Shown: positions 27,587 through 37,580, counted from the first letter of the stretch. The stretch: DNA of 64,000 bases from an uncultured Cytophagia bacterium (GCA_964527995.1 CAZGRP010000016.1:806-64805); one strand, 5' to 3'. Numbers and translations are program-made. Notes: a model not told the origin generated them from the sequence alone.

Positions 27587-29164
27587 TCAATAATTCGCCT
27601 GCAGCATCAGGAGCGCCCGGCGTTCGCTGATGTCGGCTCCGGGCCGGCGGTTGAGGTTGTGAATTCTGGCCCAACCGAATCGCAGCGTTACGAAGACATC
27701 GCGGAGCAACTGGTCTCTCAACTCCACGGTCACTTCTCGTTTCCTTTCAACGATGCCGGATAGAAAGTGCTTTCGTGAGCCGTCGGAGCGGCGGTGCGGC
27801 CGGTTGATGTCGCCGGCGCCGTGGCGTGTCTGTGTAAACTCGAGGCGCATCGCCGTGTCGCGCGTAGGCTGGTAGCGTAAGGCCAATTCCACGTCGTCGG
27901 CGTTCGGACCGAGCCAATGTCCGATGCTGCTGTTGTAGTGCTGGTAGGTGTTGATCGAGTCGCGGTGGGTATAGACAAACGGGTCGACGTGGGCGAACTC
28001 GAACAGCAGATCCAGATTATCCAGGCCTCCGAAGTCCGTCCACAGAAGCCCCGCAAGAAAGGCGTATTTGTTGCCCCAATTGTGAATCAGATTACGGTCG
28101 AAACTGAAGTCATCGACCAGCAACTCGGCGTAGGTCTTGATGCCATCCACGGGGAAGTAGGTCAGGTCGAAGCTCACCATGTTGTTGTCCCGGTCTCCGA
28201 GGTGGTGTTCAGCGATCTGGTACGGCATCAGCGGGTTGAGGTATTGGAATTCGACGGACCGCCCACCGTAGATCACGGACTCGGTGCCCGAGAGAAAAAG
28301 CCTGCGACCGACACGGAAATCGAGACGGTGAGCGGCCAGGTACTTTGCCCCCAGACCACTCCGCAGGAAGGCGTGCATGTAGGTGAAGCGGAAGTTTTGG
28401 AAGTCGGCCCAAAGACGAAACATGTCGGCCTCGGGCATCTGCTCCGAGACCGTCATGCTGCCGCGCCGGCCTGGTCCCCACTGTGCCTTGTCCCGCCCGA
28501 CCTGCAGGCGCACCCAACGGTTTCGTACCACGGCGTAGGCGCGCGCCTGGTCTGAGAAAAGGATGTTCCCCGTTCTCACAAGCGGGGTGCCGAGGGATGG
28601 ATCGAAGCGCTCTCTGACCACCCGGGCGCCGCTGATGGCGGTGTTGCGCGCTTCGAGTTCGAAGGCCAGAAAGCGGTGCAGTCGGCCGCGGATGATGCCG
28701 CCGCCGGTGGTTTCCAGCCTTCTACCGGAGGAGTCGGCCTCCTGGCCGCTGCGCAGGAGAAGGCGCTGCTCGAAGAGCGCATCGAAGTAGATCGTGCTGC
28801 TGTCTTGCCTCAAGGTCACCAGGTGCGGCTCCCGCAGCCGGCGGCTGTATTTGACCCCCCGCTCCGCCATCTCGTCCGCAAATTCTCCCTTCAACTGCTC
28901 GAACAGCCGGCGATCGGTCTTGGAGAGAAGCCCGGGGCTGTTGCGCAACCGCGCATCGATGCGGGCGATGATTTTCGCCAGTCGAGCCCGCGAAACCGGT
29001 CGGGTGCGCAGAGCGATGTCCCGAACCAGACCCCTGGTTTCGAGGCGGTCGAGAAAATCGTAAGCCCAGTGTCCGATGGGGAGGTTGGCCGACTGCGCCA
29101 ATGAGGCGGCTGGCGCGAGAAGAGAGAGGAGGATGATCAGAACAAAGAGGCGAACTCGATTCAA
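27587..29164 (-). CDS. Capsule assembly Wzi family outer-membrane protein
   Basis: Signal peptide, HWAYDFLDRL, GRDKAQWGPG, YLAAHRL, YLNP, GHWLGPN, terminal Tyr. Confidence 0.8.
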   Translation of the reverse strand: MNRVRLFVLIILLSLLAPAASLAQSANLPIGHWAYDFLDRLETRGLVRDIALRTRPVSRARLAKIIARIDARLRNSPGLLSKTDRRLFEQLKGEFADEMAERGVKYSRRLREPHLVTLRQDSSTIYFDALFEQRLLLRSGQEADSSGRRLETTGGGIIRGRLHRFLAFELEARNTAISGARVVRERFDPSLGTPLVRTGNILFSDQARAYAVVRNRWVRLQVGRDKAQWGPGRRGSMTVSEQMPEADMFRLWADFQNFRFTYMHAFLRSGLGAKYLAAHRLDFRVGRRLFLSGTESVIYGGRSVEFQYLNPLMPYQIAEHHLGDRDNNMVSFDLTYFPVDGIKTYAELLVDDFSFDRNLIHNWGNKYAFLAGLLWTDFGGLDNLDLLFEFAHVDPFVYTHRDSINTYQHYNSSIGHWLGPNADDVELALRYQPTRDTAMRLEFTQTRHGAGDINRPHRRSDGSRKHFLSGIVERKREVTVELRDQLLRDVFVTLRFGWARIHNLNRRPGADISERRALLMLQANY

Positions 29165-29895
29165 GCGGCTACCGGCGATTGTTTCGACATTCCGTGAAAT
29201 GCAAGGTGGGCCAGCCCGAAGCGCGTCAGCTCGGCGACCCGAGTGGCCTTCCTTCCGGTCACCATCTGGGACAGGGGCAGGCAGCGATAGCCCCGCACAG
29301 TCAGCAGGGGGAGGAGTTCCGACAGAGCCGTAACCGTGGTGGCGCTGCGCTGGTGACCGTCGTGAAGCAGAATGATGGTGCCCGGCTGCAGATGGCGGAG
29401 GACTCGCCGAACGATGGCGGCTGGCGTCGAGCGGCTCGAGTAATCCCGGCTATCGACCTGCCAGAGGACCAGCTGCTTGCCGCAGTCTCGAGTAGCGGCC
29501 AGCATCGCCGGGCCGAAACGGCCATACGGTGGCCGGAAAAGCCTCGGAGCAAAGCCAGCGGCCGCCGCGATGGCGGCGTCAGCCTGGTCGAGCTGATCGT
29601 GGATGTGGTGCCGCGATGCAAAGAGCAGGCTGCGATGCTGGCAAGCGTGACTGCCGATCGAGTGGCCTGCGGCAGCAGCAGCCCGCACCAGCTCGGGGTA
29701 GAGATCCGCCTTCTCGCCGACGACAAAAAAGGTGGCGCGGGCTTGGTGCTCGCCAAGGATCCTCAGAATTTCCGGCGTCCAGGTGGGATCCGGGCCGTCG
29801 TCAAAGGTGAGGTAGACGGCCCTGGTCGCTGCTGGCATTCGCCAGAGGATCTGTGGAAAGATTCGCTCCACTACTGCCGGGATGCGGGTCCACAT
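29161..29895 (-). CDS. Polysaccharide deacetylase (CE4/NodB)
   Basis: YLTFDDGP, ATFF, GSHACQH, FRPPYG, ILLHD. Confidence 0.93.
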   Translation of the reverse strand: MWTRIPAVVERIFPQILWRMPAATRAVYLTFDDGPDPTWTPEILRILGEHQARATFFVVGEKADLYPELVRAAAAAGHSIGSHACQHRSLLFASRHHIHDQLDQADAAIAAAAGFAPRLFRPPYGRFGPAMLAATRDCGKQLVLWQVDSRDYSSRSTPAAIVRRVLRHLQPGTIILLHDGHQRSATTVTALSELLPLLTVRGYRCLPLSQMVTGRKATRVAELTRFGLAHLAFHGMSKQSPVAA

Positions 29896-29898
29896 GGT

Positions 29899-30918
29899 CT
29901 ATTCGCCCCCCTTTGGCGAGCCTCGACGGCGGCGCAGCAGCAACAGCGACGCTCCAGCGACGGCCGGTAGTGCCACGTTGACGGCAAAAAGCAGCATCGC
30001 TGCATCGAAGGCGGCTGCCGGGACGACCCCGAGGCGCGCGAACACCAGAACGGCACTCCCCTCTCGGACTCCCACGTCGCCGAAGCTGATAGGAACAAGC
30101 GTCTTTACGAGGAGTGCGGCGGTGGCGGCAGCAGGGTAAGAGGCCGAAATTCCACCGGCAAAGGCCGCCACAAGAAGGGTGAACTGGATCACAAAGGTTG
30201 CGTAGAAGGCCGCGGATAGAGCCAGAACGCCGAGGCGGAAACGCAGCGTAGACCGCACCCAGAGCATGGCGTTAAAACGGCCTGACAGCGTCCGCAGCCG
30301 CCTCGACCGAATGCGATTGGCCACAGAAACGAGGAGTGCCGGCGCGAGGCAGGCTGCCAGGAGCGCAGCGCCCAGCCCCGCAGCCAGGGCCAGCAATGCC
30401 CATGTGGCGGTCATCGCCTGCTGTACCGCCAAAAGCCAGCCCCACCCAAGCAGTCCCACCAGCAGGATCACCGCCAGATTGACGGCCTTGTCCAGGGCCG
30501 CCAGGAAAGCCGTCTGCACCTTATCCAACTGCGGCAGAAAGAGGCCGCGGCCGATTTCTCCGTAGCGACCGGGGGTCACCAGGCCGAGGGCGAAGCCGGC
30601 CAGGAGCGAAGCCGCTGCGTCAGCGCCGCTGGTCTCTGGCCAGGAGGCCCGCAGCAGTTTCTTCCACTTGACGTGCTGCAGCCAGAGATTGGGGATCAGC
30701 AGCAGGACGGCCACGCCGATATAGACCGGCTGAGCTTTCTCAGCAAGCTCGAGCACGCTACGCCAGGAAACCGAACGTCCGATGACGACAAGAACGAGCG
30801 ATCCGAGAGCCAGTCGGAGCACGACAAGCAGCACATCGCGCTGTCGCTGCGACAGGCTAAATCCAGATCCCCAGGCCCTGGTTGCAGTTTTCGCAGATGT
30901 CGATAGAGTCGCGCGCAT
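29899..30918 (-). CDS. Lysylphosphatidylglycerol-synthase TM / flippase-like domain protein
   Basis: Polytopic membrane protein, TPGRYGEIGR, PISFGDVGVREG; start uncertain. Confidence 0.82.
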   Translation of the reverse strand: MRATLSTSAKTATRAWGSGFSLSQRQRDVLLVVLRLALGSLVLVVIGRSVSWRSVLELAEKAQPVYIGVAVLLLIPNLWLQHVKWKKLLRASWPETSGADAAASLLAGFALGLVTPGRYGEIGRGLFLPQLDKVQTAFLAALDKAVNLAVILLVGLLGWGWLLAVQQAMTATWALLALAAGLGAALLAACLAPALLVSVANRIRSRRLRTLSGRFNAMLWVRSTLRFRLGVLALSAAFYATFVIQFTLLVAAFAGGISASYPAAATAALLVKTLVPISFGDVGVREGSAVLVFARLGVVPAAAFDAAMLLFAVNVALPAVAGASLLLLRRRRGSPKGGE

Positions 30919-31873
30919 GCAGCATTGCGTCCATGAACTTTGCGTGCCTGCCGTTGTTCCAAATCGCCGTGTAGGAGGCCCCGTTGGAGAGATGGCCGAA
31001 CAAGTGCCGGCCGTTCTTATCGAAACAGCACGGTACGATGCCGCCGTCCCAGTTGACCAGCGTGGTGAGCCACGGTCGAGGGCACGGACCCTTGCCTGCG
31101 CTCCTCACCTTCAATGCTGTGCCGTCGTAGTCGTATCGCCGAAATTTTTCTTCCGCAGGTAACCAGACCGCTGCTTCTTCCAGAGTCTCGACCTGAATGT
31201 TTTTCTTCAGCAGCTTGTCGACACCGAGATCTGCCGCCATCCTCTCCATCTCCGGAATCTGATCTTCGTTGTGCTTCATGATCAAGAACTGGAGGAAAAC
31301 ATAGGGTGTCTTGCTTCGCTGGCGAACCTTCTCGGAAACCAGATTGCGCACTCCTCGCCTGACCCGCTCCAGGCTGCCGGCAACGCGGTACTTCTCGTAG
31401 GACTTCTGGTCGACGCCGTCGATAGAGACGATCATCGTGTCCAGTCCGCAGGCCACCGTGCGGGCAGCGTTCTCCGCATCCAGGTAGTGGCCGTTGGTGC
31501 TGGTGGTGCAGTAGATGCGTTTTCGTTTGGCGTATTCGACGAAGTGGAAGAAGTCGCGGTTGATGTAGGGCTCACCCTGATGATAGAGGAGAAGGTAAAA
31601 GATGTAATCGCCCACCTCGTCGATGAGGCGTTTGAAAACATCGAAGGTCATGCGCCCGCGGGCTCGGGTCATGCGACCGTTGCCGGTGACACATAGGGGG
31701 CACTTGAGATTGCAGACGTTGGTCGGCTCGACGGTCAGGATCGGCGGATATCCCCAGAGCAGCGTGCGGCCCGTCAAGGCGGACGCTGCGAAGGAGGAAA
31801 TCACTTTCGTTGCATTCCATATTCGCCGCGGCCTCAGCGTAGGCAGAAGCCTGCGGTAGACGATCTCTTTCAT
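30857..31873 (-). CDS. Radical SAM protein with SPASM domain
   Basis: EPTNVCNLKCPLC, QGEP, STNG, VSIDG; SPASM CPRPW..PCC..CENC. Confidence 0.9.
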   Translation of the reverse strand: MKEIVYRRLLPTLRPRRIWNATKVISSFAASALTGRTLLWGYPPILTVEPTNVCNLKCPLCVTGNGRMTRARGRMTFDVFKRLIDEVGDYIFYLLLYHQGEPYINRDFFHFVEYAKRKRIYCTTSTNGHYLDAENAARTVACGLDTMIVSIDGVDQKSYEKYRVAGSLERVRRGVRNLVSEKVRQRSKTPYVFLQFLIMKHNEDQIPEMERMAADLGVDKLLKKNIQVETLEEAAVWLPAEEKFRRYDYDGTALKVRSAGKGPCPRPWLTTLVNWDGGIVPCCFDKNGRHLFGHLSNGASYTAIWNNGRHAKFMDAMLHARDSIDICENCNQGLGIWI

Positions 31874-31919
31874 CAGAGCCCGGTAACCCCTCTTTGTATG
31901 CTGCCGTCCGCCGCCACAC

Positions 31920-33086
31920 TCACTCCTTCCAGCGAATCCTGGCAACCGCCGCTAGTGGCGAAAGCAGCAGCGTGGATAGAAGCAAGTAGATCTCCCACGG
32001 CAGCAGGAATCGGATATGAAACGACTGAGCCATTCGACGAGCAAAGGTGTGCAGCAACAGTCCGTCGAGCACCAGCTTGGCCGCCAGGCTGGTGAGAGCA
32101 GCCGCCCCTGGGAATGCGCCAAACAGGGCCGCTGCCGCAGCGGCCCAGAGAAGGGCATTGCAGCCGTGAAAGAGAGCATAGCCCGCCAGCACCGGACGCG
32201 GGTAGTATCGACCCGCGGACAGGTGGCGCAGTCGCTGCCGCAAAGCGCTCCGGAACTCCGCCGGCGCGATCGCCGGCACGACCGCTCCCTGCGCCGCGGC
32301 AAAGGTGATCTGCGCCCCCTTTCGCCGCTTCAGGCGATGAAGAAGCAGGTCGTCGTCGCCGGAGACGCTGCGATGCAGGTCTGAAAATCCGCCATTTGAC
32401 TCAAAGAGCCGTCGCCGGTACGCCAGGTTTCTGCCGCTGCACGTAATCACTGTGCCCAGTCCCACACCAGCCGCGGCAACGACCCCGGCCGCCAGGGCAT
32501 CGACTTCCAGGGCTCGCGCCCAAAGCCTCCGGGCTGGGGATCGCACCGGCGAGTAACCGATCACGGCATCTGTGGCCGCATCGAACCGTCCTGCCACCTC
32601 CTCGATCCATTGCGGCGGCGGCTGGCAGTCGGCGTCGGTGGTCAAAACGACCTGGCCGCCGGCACGCTGGATTCCGAGTTCCAGAGCATGCTTTTTCCCT
32701 TGCTTGCCAGCCGGCAGGTGATCGACGCGCACGACCGACAGCCGCCGAAGCCGGGATTGCCAACGCCGGACGATTTCGGCTGTGCCGTCGCTGGAGCGAT
32801 CATCCACCACCACGACCTCCCACAGAGGGTGCGGGTAGGTCTGCGCCTCCAGGGCACGCAAGCACGCCGCGATGACGGCTGCCTCGTTGCGTCCTGCGAT
32901 GACGACGCTGACGGTCGGTCGCGCCTGCGTGCACGAGCTGCGTGTGGCGCGCCGCACTCCCCACCACAACACCACAATTACGGCGGCATAGAGGGTGAAG
33001 ACGATGAAAAGGGCAGAGGTGCCGGCGATCCCGTTCCAGGCGGCTGAATGTTGGGCTAAAATATCCAATCCGCGACAAAGACGCAA
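31920..33086 (-). CDS. Membrane-bound glycosyltransferase family 2 (true start probably downstream of 33086)
   Basis: AGRNEA, DDRSSD, GKKHAL, TDADC, SGDDD, QRLRH. Confidence 0.88.
   Translation of the reverse strand: MRLCRGLDILAQHSAAWNGIAGTSALFIVFTLYAAVIVVLWWGVRRATRSSCTQARPTVSVVIAGRNEAAVIAACLRALEAQTYPHPLWEVVVVDDRSSDGTAEIVRRWQSRLRRLSVVRVDHLPAGKQGKKHALELGIQRAGGQVVLTTDADCQPPPQWIEEVAGRFDAATDAVIGYSPVRSPARRLWARALEVDALAAGVVAAAGVGLGTVITCSGRNLAYRRRLFESNGGFSDLHRSVSGDDDLLLHRLKRRKGAQITFAAAQGAVVPAIAPAEFRSALRQRLRHLSAGRYYPRPVLAGYALFHGCNALLWAAAAAALFGAFPGAAALTSLAAKLVLDGLLLHTFARRMAQSFHIRFLLPWEIYLLLSTLLLSPLAAVARIRWKE
33058..33086 (-). promoter_or_regulatory. Putative sigma70 promoter of the glycoconjugate cluster
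   Basis: Minus strand TTGCGT-N17-TATTTT. Confidence 0.5.
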
Positions 33087-33147
33087 GGGCTTTTTGGATA
33101 TGCCACGTGCAAAGGCCGGTTTACGGCTGAATCATGAGTAAGACGGC

Positions 33148-34788
33148 TCAGCGACGCAAATAGCGGACCTTGAACGTCGGCCGGCGGGCCGCCAGCTTCA
33201 AGAAGACGTCTAGCGGCACCACTTCGAACTCCGGGCCGAGCTGGTCGAGGATCCCTTTGACTCTTTGAATGTCGCTGCTTTCGCGAACATGCATGACCAG
33301 AAAGTACGGCCGCTTCGGATTGAGCTGGGCCAATTCCTGGAGATCGGCCACCGCCTCCTCTGCAGGGCGCGTCGGCGACAGGTAGTAGTCGTAGGAAAGG
33401 AAAGGCCTGCCGTCTCGGAGGTCGAAGGTGTGGGCCGGGCCATAGCCGTTGATGAAGCCGATGGCGTCTGGCATGCCGCGGTAATAGGCGTCCACTACTT
33501 GTTTGGGAAGATCGATATTGCCCATGTAGCGGTTCCCTTCCGAGTAGTCCATGGTCTCGAAAACCTGAAGGTCGAGCTGTTGCATCAGCTCACGGGCCTT
33601 GACAATGAGTTTGGGAAGGGAGTCCGGTGGGACGGCTTTCGGGTACATGTATCCAGGTCCAGAGAGGGCGCCGATAAAATAGTCGTTCGGAGTCGCCATG
33701 TCGTAGAAGTACTGCAGCATAGCCGGAGCCAGCCAGACCCAATTCATCGTCACTTCCCAGCTATAGGGGATCTGGCCGCGGCCGGGTTTGAGCCAGGCCC
33801 CGATGCCCAGTCCATCCGTCTGAATGCAGGTGATATACACCTTCTCTCGAACCGGGACCGCCGTTTCGGGCCGAACGTTGTGGTTGTTTTTGAAGCGGTA
33901 CCCAGGGGTGGTGGGAATCTGGGTGTTGAAGCTCATGTTCGGGAGGGTGTTCAAACCTTCGATCCGCAGGGCATGCTGGGAGGCCAGGGTCGCGAACTGT
34001 GCTTCGGTGTCTTTGGCATAGGAATGCCACCCCATCACCAGCGCCATAGGATTCAATTCACCAAAGAGCCGGTCGGCCAACCGGTATTCCAGGGTGTCTT
34101 TCGGGTCGCACGACAGATCGGTGAAGAAGGCCTTCTGGTAGATGCCGAAATCGGCGATGCCGGGCTGCATGCGTTTGCCGCCGACGCCGCCAAGATAGAT
34201 GATGAAATCATGGTTGGTGCGCCGCCAGTAGCGCTCGTAAGCCCAGCGGTAGATCTCGTAATCGCTTTGACCTTCAAATCTTCCGCGGAAATCTGCCACT
34301 TTCTTGAGTCCGAAGCTCTCGACCAGAGGGATGAGGCCTTCGTCGACGACCACGGCGCGCTCCAGCCCCGCGACTGTGAAAGCGATAATGAGAGAGGTGC
34401 GGACATTCTTGTCCCACACCACATAGCCCTTCACCCGTTTGCGAAAAGTCGCCAGCGCTTCACGCGCCGAAGTCAACTCAGTGAAGACAAAACGGTGCCG
34501 ATCGCTGTAGTACTCGAAAAGTGCCTGGGTAAAGGTATAGGGCCAATCTTCGGGATACACAAAATAGAGGCGTGGCGCTCCCTGGTTGGCGAGCCCTTGC
34601 AGGCTGATCAGCAACGCCTGGGTGGGCAGATCGCCGTCGATGTCCCAGTTCTGTGAGAGACGCATCCAGTACGCCGGGCGTGACTCGCCGCCGGACGCAC
34701 GTGAATTGCCGGTTGCTGCTATCGCCAGGGAGGGGAGGAGCAAGGCGAACAAAATGAGTCGGGACAAGATGGCTCGCGGCTGTGTCAT
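33148..34788 (-). CDS. GxGYxYP family putative glycoside hydrolase
   Basis: Signal peptide, SLQGLAN, KGYVVWD, LSGPGYMYP motif. Confidence 0.85.
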   Translation of the reverse strand: MTQPRAILSRLILFALLLPSLAIAATGNSRASGGESRPAYWMRLSQNWDIDGDLPTQALLISLQGLANQGAPRLYFVYPEDWPYTFTQALFEYYSDRHRFVFTELTSAREALATFRKRVKGYVVWDKNVRTSLIIAFTVAGLERAVVVDEGLIPLVESFGLKKVADFRGRFEGQSDYEIYRWAYERYWRRTNHDFIIYLGGVGGKRMQPGIADFGIYQKAFFTDLSCDPKDTLEYRLADRLFGELNPMALVMGWHSYAKDTEAQFATLASQHALRIEGLNTLPNMSFNTQIPTTPGYRFKNNHNVRPETAVPVREKVYITCIQTDGLGIGAWLKPGRGQIPYSWEVTMNWVWLAPAMLQYFYDMATPNDYFIGALSGPGYMYPKAVPPDSLPKLIVKARELMQQLDLQVFETMDYSEGNRYMGNIDLPKQVVDAYYRGMPDAIGFINGYGPAHTFDLRDGRPFLSYDYYLSPTRPAEEAVADLQELAQLNPKRPYFLVMHVRESSDIQRVKGILDQLGPEFEVVPLDVFLKLAARRPTFKVRYLRR

Positions 34789-34841
34789 AGGTGGTAACTC
34801 CTCTTTTTGCGTTCTGTTCTGAAGACCATGTCGACATCGAT

Positions 34842-35408
34842 TCAGTCGCCGCCGCCCTTTCGGGCCCCCGCTCTCGTGTATACGAATACCAGCGGCGGTC
34901 CCGTCTTCCTCGACGATCGCTTCTCCGTAACCGTCAAGGTTTGGCCGTCGCCAGAAATGCGGAACTCTCGCTCGATGGTGATCGGAGTTTCTCCTTGTGA
35001 GGTCTCCAGGGTGTAGCGTGACTGCAGCCGGAGCACTCTGCCTGTGTTACCCCAATTTGCAACCACCTCACGTACAGCCTCTCTCGGCACGTAGACGGCG
35101 AGGTGGACCTGCTCCATCCATTTGCCAGGCCGAATCGGCAGGCGATTCTCTGCGCCCCCAGTGACGACCGTCATCGAATCACGTTGCGAGTACCGCCCTG
35201 CCTTCCATGTCTTGATAAACGTGATCGTGTTGCCGCGTTCGCGGATTTCTAAGGTTACGGCTCTCCATGGATCGACGTCCGAGCTTCTCTGGCGGTCCAG
35301 CTTCCAGGTGCCGCTGAGGGGCGATTGCGCCCGTAGGCCCGGAGTCAGAAGCAGCAGAAAGGTGATAGCCAGCCAGACGGATGCTGTTTCTTGGGTGTGT
35401 CTGCTCAT
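34842..35408 (-). CDS. Hypothetical exported beta-rich (lipocalin-like) protein
   Basis: Signal peptide followed by LSGTWKLDRQRSS and ISGDGQTLTVTE; co-oriented with the GxGYxYP gene. Confidence 0.7.
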   Translation of the reverse strand: MSRHTQETASVWLAITFLLLLTPGLRAQSPLSGTWKLDRQRSSDVDPWRAVTLEIRERGNTITFIKTWKAGRYSQRDSMTVVTGGAENRLPIRPGKWMEQVHLAVYVPREAVREVVANWGNTGRVLRLQSRYTLETSQGETPITIEREFRISGDGQTLTVTEKRSSRKTGPPLVFVYTRAGARKGGGD

Positions 35409-35636
35409 GGGATCTTCCTCTCGCATAGTGGTGAAGACGAAACTACGATGGCTCACGGTACAGGTGAGTCGGCTCCTGGTCTGCTGGAGCGGGATCATGC
35501 GCGACCGATAAGATAAGGCCGCCATCCCAATCAGGCAAGAGGAATCTTGGAAATCCGAGGCTGGAAGTTGGTGGTTCGTCTGCGGTGGTGCTCGGGACCA
35601 GCGTCGGCGCCTTTCACGCTGGCCGATCCGGAAACC

Positions 35637-35668
35637 AAAAAGCCGGAGCAACTGCCGCTCCGGCTTTT
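35637..35668 (-). terminator. Rho-independent (bidirectional-type) terminator
   Basis: aaaaagccggagc-aactgcc-gctccggctttt. Confidence 0.8.
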
Positions 35669-35722
35669 CGGTCCCAAAAAGGAAGGAGGAAGGTAGTCAT
35701 GAAAGTTCGAAGCGGGACCCGA

Positions 35723-35974
35723 CTACACTTCGATGAAGTAGTTGCCGTTCCCGTCTTCTTGGATCGTTCCCGAGCAAAGAATGTAGTCGGGGTGTTTCGT
35801 GCGCAGCAGTTCAATTGCCTTGTCGGCACTGTGCGCGTGATGGATCTTGAACTTGTCCGTATCGATGATCTGTTCGAGGGCCGCTCCTGATCCCTCCGCG
35901 CTGCCAACCAGGAGGATTTTTTTCACCGAGTCCCCGATTCTGGTGAGGTGCTGTTCGTGCGTGATGGGTGTCAA
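35723..35974 (-). CDS. Small degenerate receiver-like protein
   Basis: KKILLVG..AHSADKAIELLRTKHPDYILC resembles the first half of a REC domain; AAGGA RBS, own promoter and terminator. Confidence 0.6.
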   Translation of the reverse strand: MTPITHEQHLTRIGDSVKKILLVGSAEGSGAALEQIIDTDKFKIHHAHSADKAIELLRTKHPDYILCSGTIQEDGNGNYFIEV

Positions 35975-36012
35975 ATCCTTACCAAAGAACCGCTCCGTGA
36001 GGATAGCGCTTT

Positions 36013-36142
36013 GCGAAACCCGTGCCAGTCGCCGAGCCGAGAGGTTTTGATCACTAAGTGATTGATTTCTTGAATGCCACTCCTAGAGGCGCAAACCTTT
36101 GTATATGAATTCTTGTGGATCACCCTGTTCCATGTTGAAACA
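36013..36142 (-). promoter_or_regulatory. sigma54 promoter with IHF site and candidate activator site
   Basis: Minus strand TGGCACGGGTTTCGC (36027-36013, GG-N10-GC); IHF consensus AATCAATCACTTA (36067-36055); TGT-N11-ACA at 36126-36142. Confidence 0.7.
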
Positions 36143-36241
36143 AATGTTCGATATCCATACGTTACATTTCGCAGCAACCCGCGAGTGGGGGCGAAGGCCT
36201 GCGCGCCTCTAAAAGTCGCCCGCTGGTGGTCCAAAAAGGGG

Positions 36242-36270
36242 TTGACTTTCAACGAGAAAGACTCTACCTT
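36242..36270 (+). promoter_or_regulatory. Putative sigma70 promoter of the larA operon
   Basis: TTGACT-N17-TACCTT. Confidence 0.6.
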
Positions 36271-36296
36271 TAGCGGTGTAAGTCATTGGAGCCAAA

Positions 36297-37580
36297 ATGC
36301 TTGTGACCCTCGCCTATGGTCATGACTCGACGCAGTTAGAGATTCCTGACTCACACCCTGTGCGCGAATTGCGGCTGCGGCAGGCCCCTCCGGAGGTTCC
36401 GGCAACGGAGGCGATTCGTGCCGCTCTGGAATCGCCGATCGCAGCCAAACCGATGGCAGAAATCTTCCGCCGGGGTGAGCGCACGGTGATCATCGTCCCC
36501 GATGGCACGCGGCAGGCGCAGACGCCCACTTACCTGCCCGTTCTGCTGGATCGCCTCAACGAACTTGGTATTTCCGATACTGATATCCGCATCGTCATTG
36601 CCACCGGCAGTCATCGCGTGCCGGAGCCGGCTGAGTTCCCGCTTCTGGTTGGCGAGGAGGCTGCTGCTCGTGTCAAGATCCTGGCCCATGACTGCCGCGA
36701 CGACTCTTCCCTCGTCTATCTCGGCGACACCGTCTTCGGAACGCCTGTGTGGCTGAACCGAACCGTCGTGCAGGGCGAGCGCCTGGTCGTCACCGGGACC
36801 ATCATTCACCACTACTTCGCGGGCTATGGCGGGGGTCCCAAGATGATCCTCCCGGGTTGCGCCGGTTATGAGACGATCCGTACCAACCACGCCCGCACGA
36901 TTTCCGTCGAGAACGGGGGCGTGCACCCGAGATGCGAATTGGGCGTAATCGATGGAAACCCTGTCCAGGAGGATCTCCGGGACGCCATGAAGTTCGTGTC
37001 CGTGGACTGGTTGCTGCACACGATTCTGAATCCCTCAGGAGAGATCGTCGGCGTCGTGGCCGGAGAGATGTTGTCGGCCCACGCCGCCGGCTGCCGCCAG
37101 GTCGATGCTCTTTATTGCATCCCTCTGCAGGAACAGGCGGACATTGTCGTGGCCAGTTGTGGCGGCTTCCCGAAGGATGTCAATTTCGTCCAGGCCCACA
37201 AAAGCTTGCACAACGCCTTTCGTGCCGTCAAGCCGGGTGGCTCGCTGATCTTGTTCGCCGAATGCCGGAACGGCATCGGCTCCCCGACCTTCATGAAATG
37301 GTTCCGCTACCCAACACCGCAGGCCATGGCCGAGGCCCTGGTGGAAAACTACGAGCTCAACGGCCACACTGCCCTGGCAACCTTGCAGAAGGCGCGGGCG
37401 GCCCACATCTTCCTGGTGAGCGACCTGGACCCGCAGGATGTACGCCGCATGGGGCTGCATCCGGCTCGCGACGCCGGCGAGGCGTGGTCCATGGCCACCG
37501 AGGGCCGATCCAGCGACGCCACCGTCGTCATCATTCCGCACGCTTCCCTGACCGTCCCACAACCGAAAGGGTCGCGATGA
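36297..37580 (+). CDS. larA: Nickel-pincer-dependent lactate racemase family (LarA homolog)
   Basis: PDGTR, ATGSHR, HYFAGYGGGPKMILPG, NH, GGFPKD..QAHK; substrate not determinable. Confidence 0.85.
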   Translation: MLVTLAYGHDSTQLEIPDSHPVRELRLRQAPPEVPATEAIRAALESPIAAKPMAEIFRRGERTVIIVPDGTRQAQTPTYLPVLLDRLNELGISDTDIRIVIATGSHRVPEPAEFPLLVGEEAAARVKILAHDCRDDSSLVYLGDTVFGTPVWLNRTVVQGERLVVTGTIIHHYFAGYGGGPKMILPGCAGYETIRTNHARTISVENGGVHPRCELGVIDGNPVQEDLRDAMKFVSVDWLLHTILNPSGEIVGVVAGEMLSAHAAGCRQVDALYCIPLQEQADIVVASCGGFPKDVNFVQAHKSLHNAFRAVKPGGSLILFAECRNGIGSPTFMKWFRYPTPQAMAEALVENYELNGHTALATLQKARAAHIFLVSDLDPQDVRRMGLHPARDAGEAWSMATEGRSSDATVVIIPHASLTVPQPKGSR

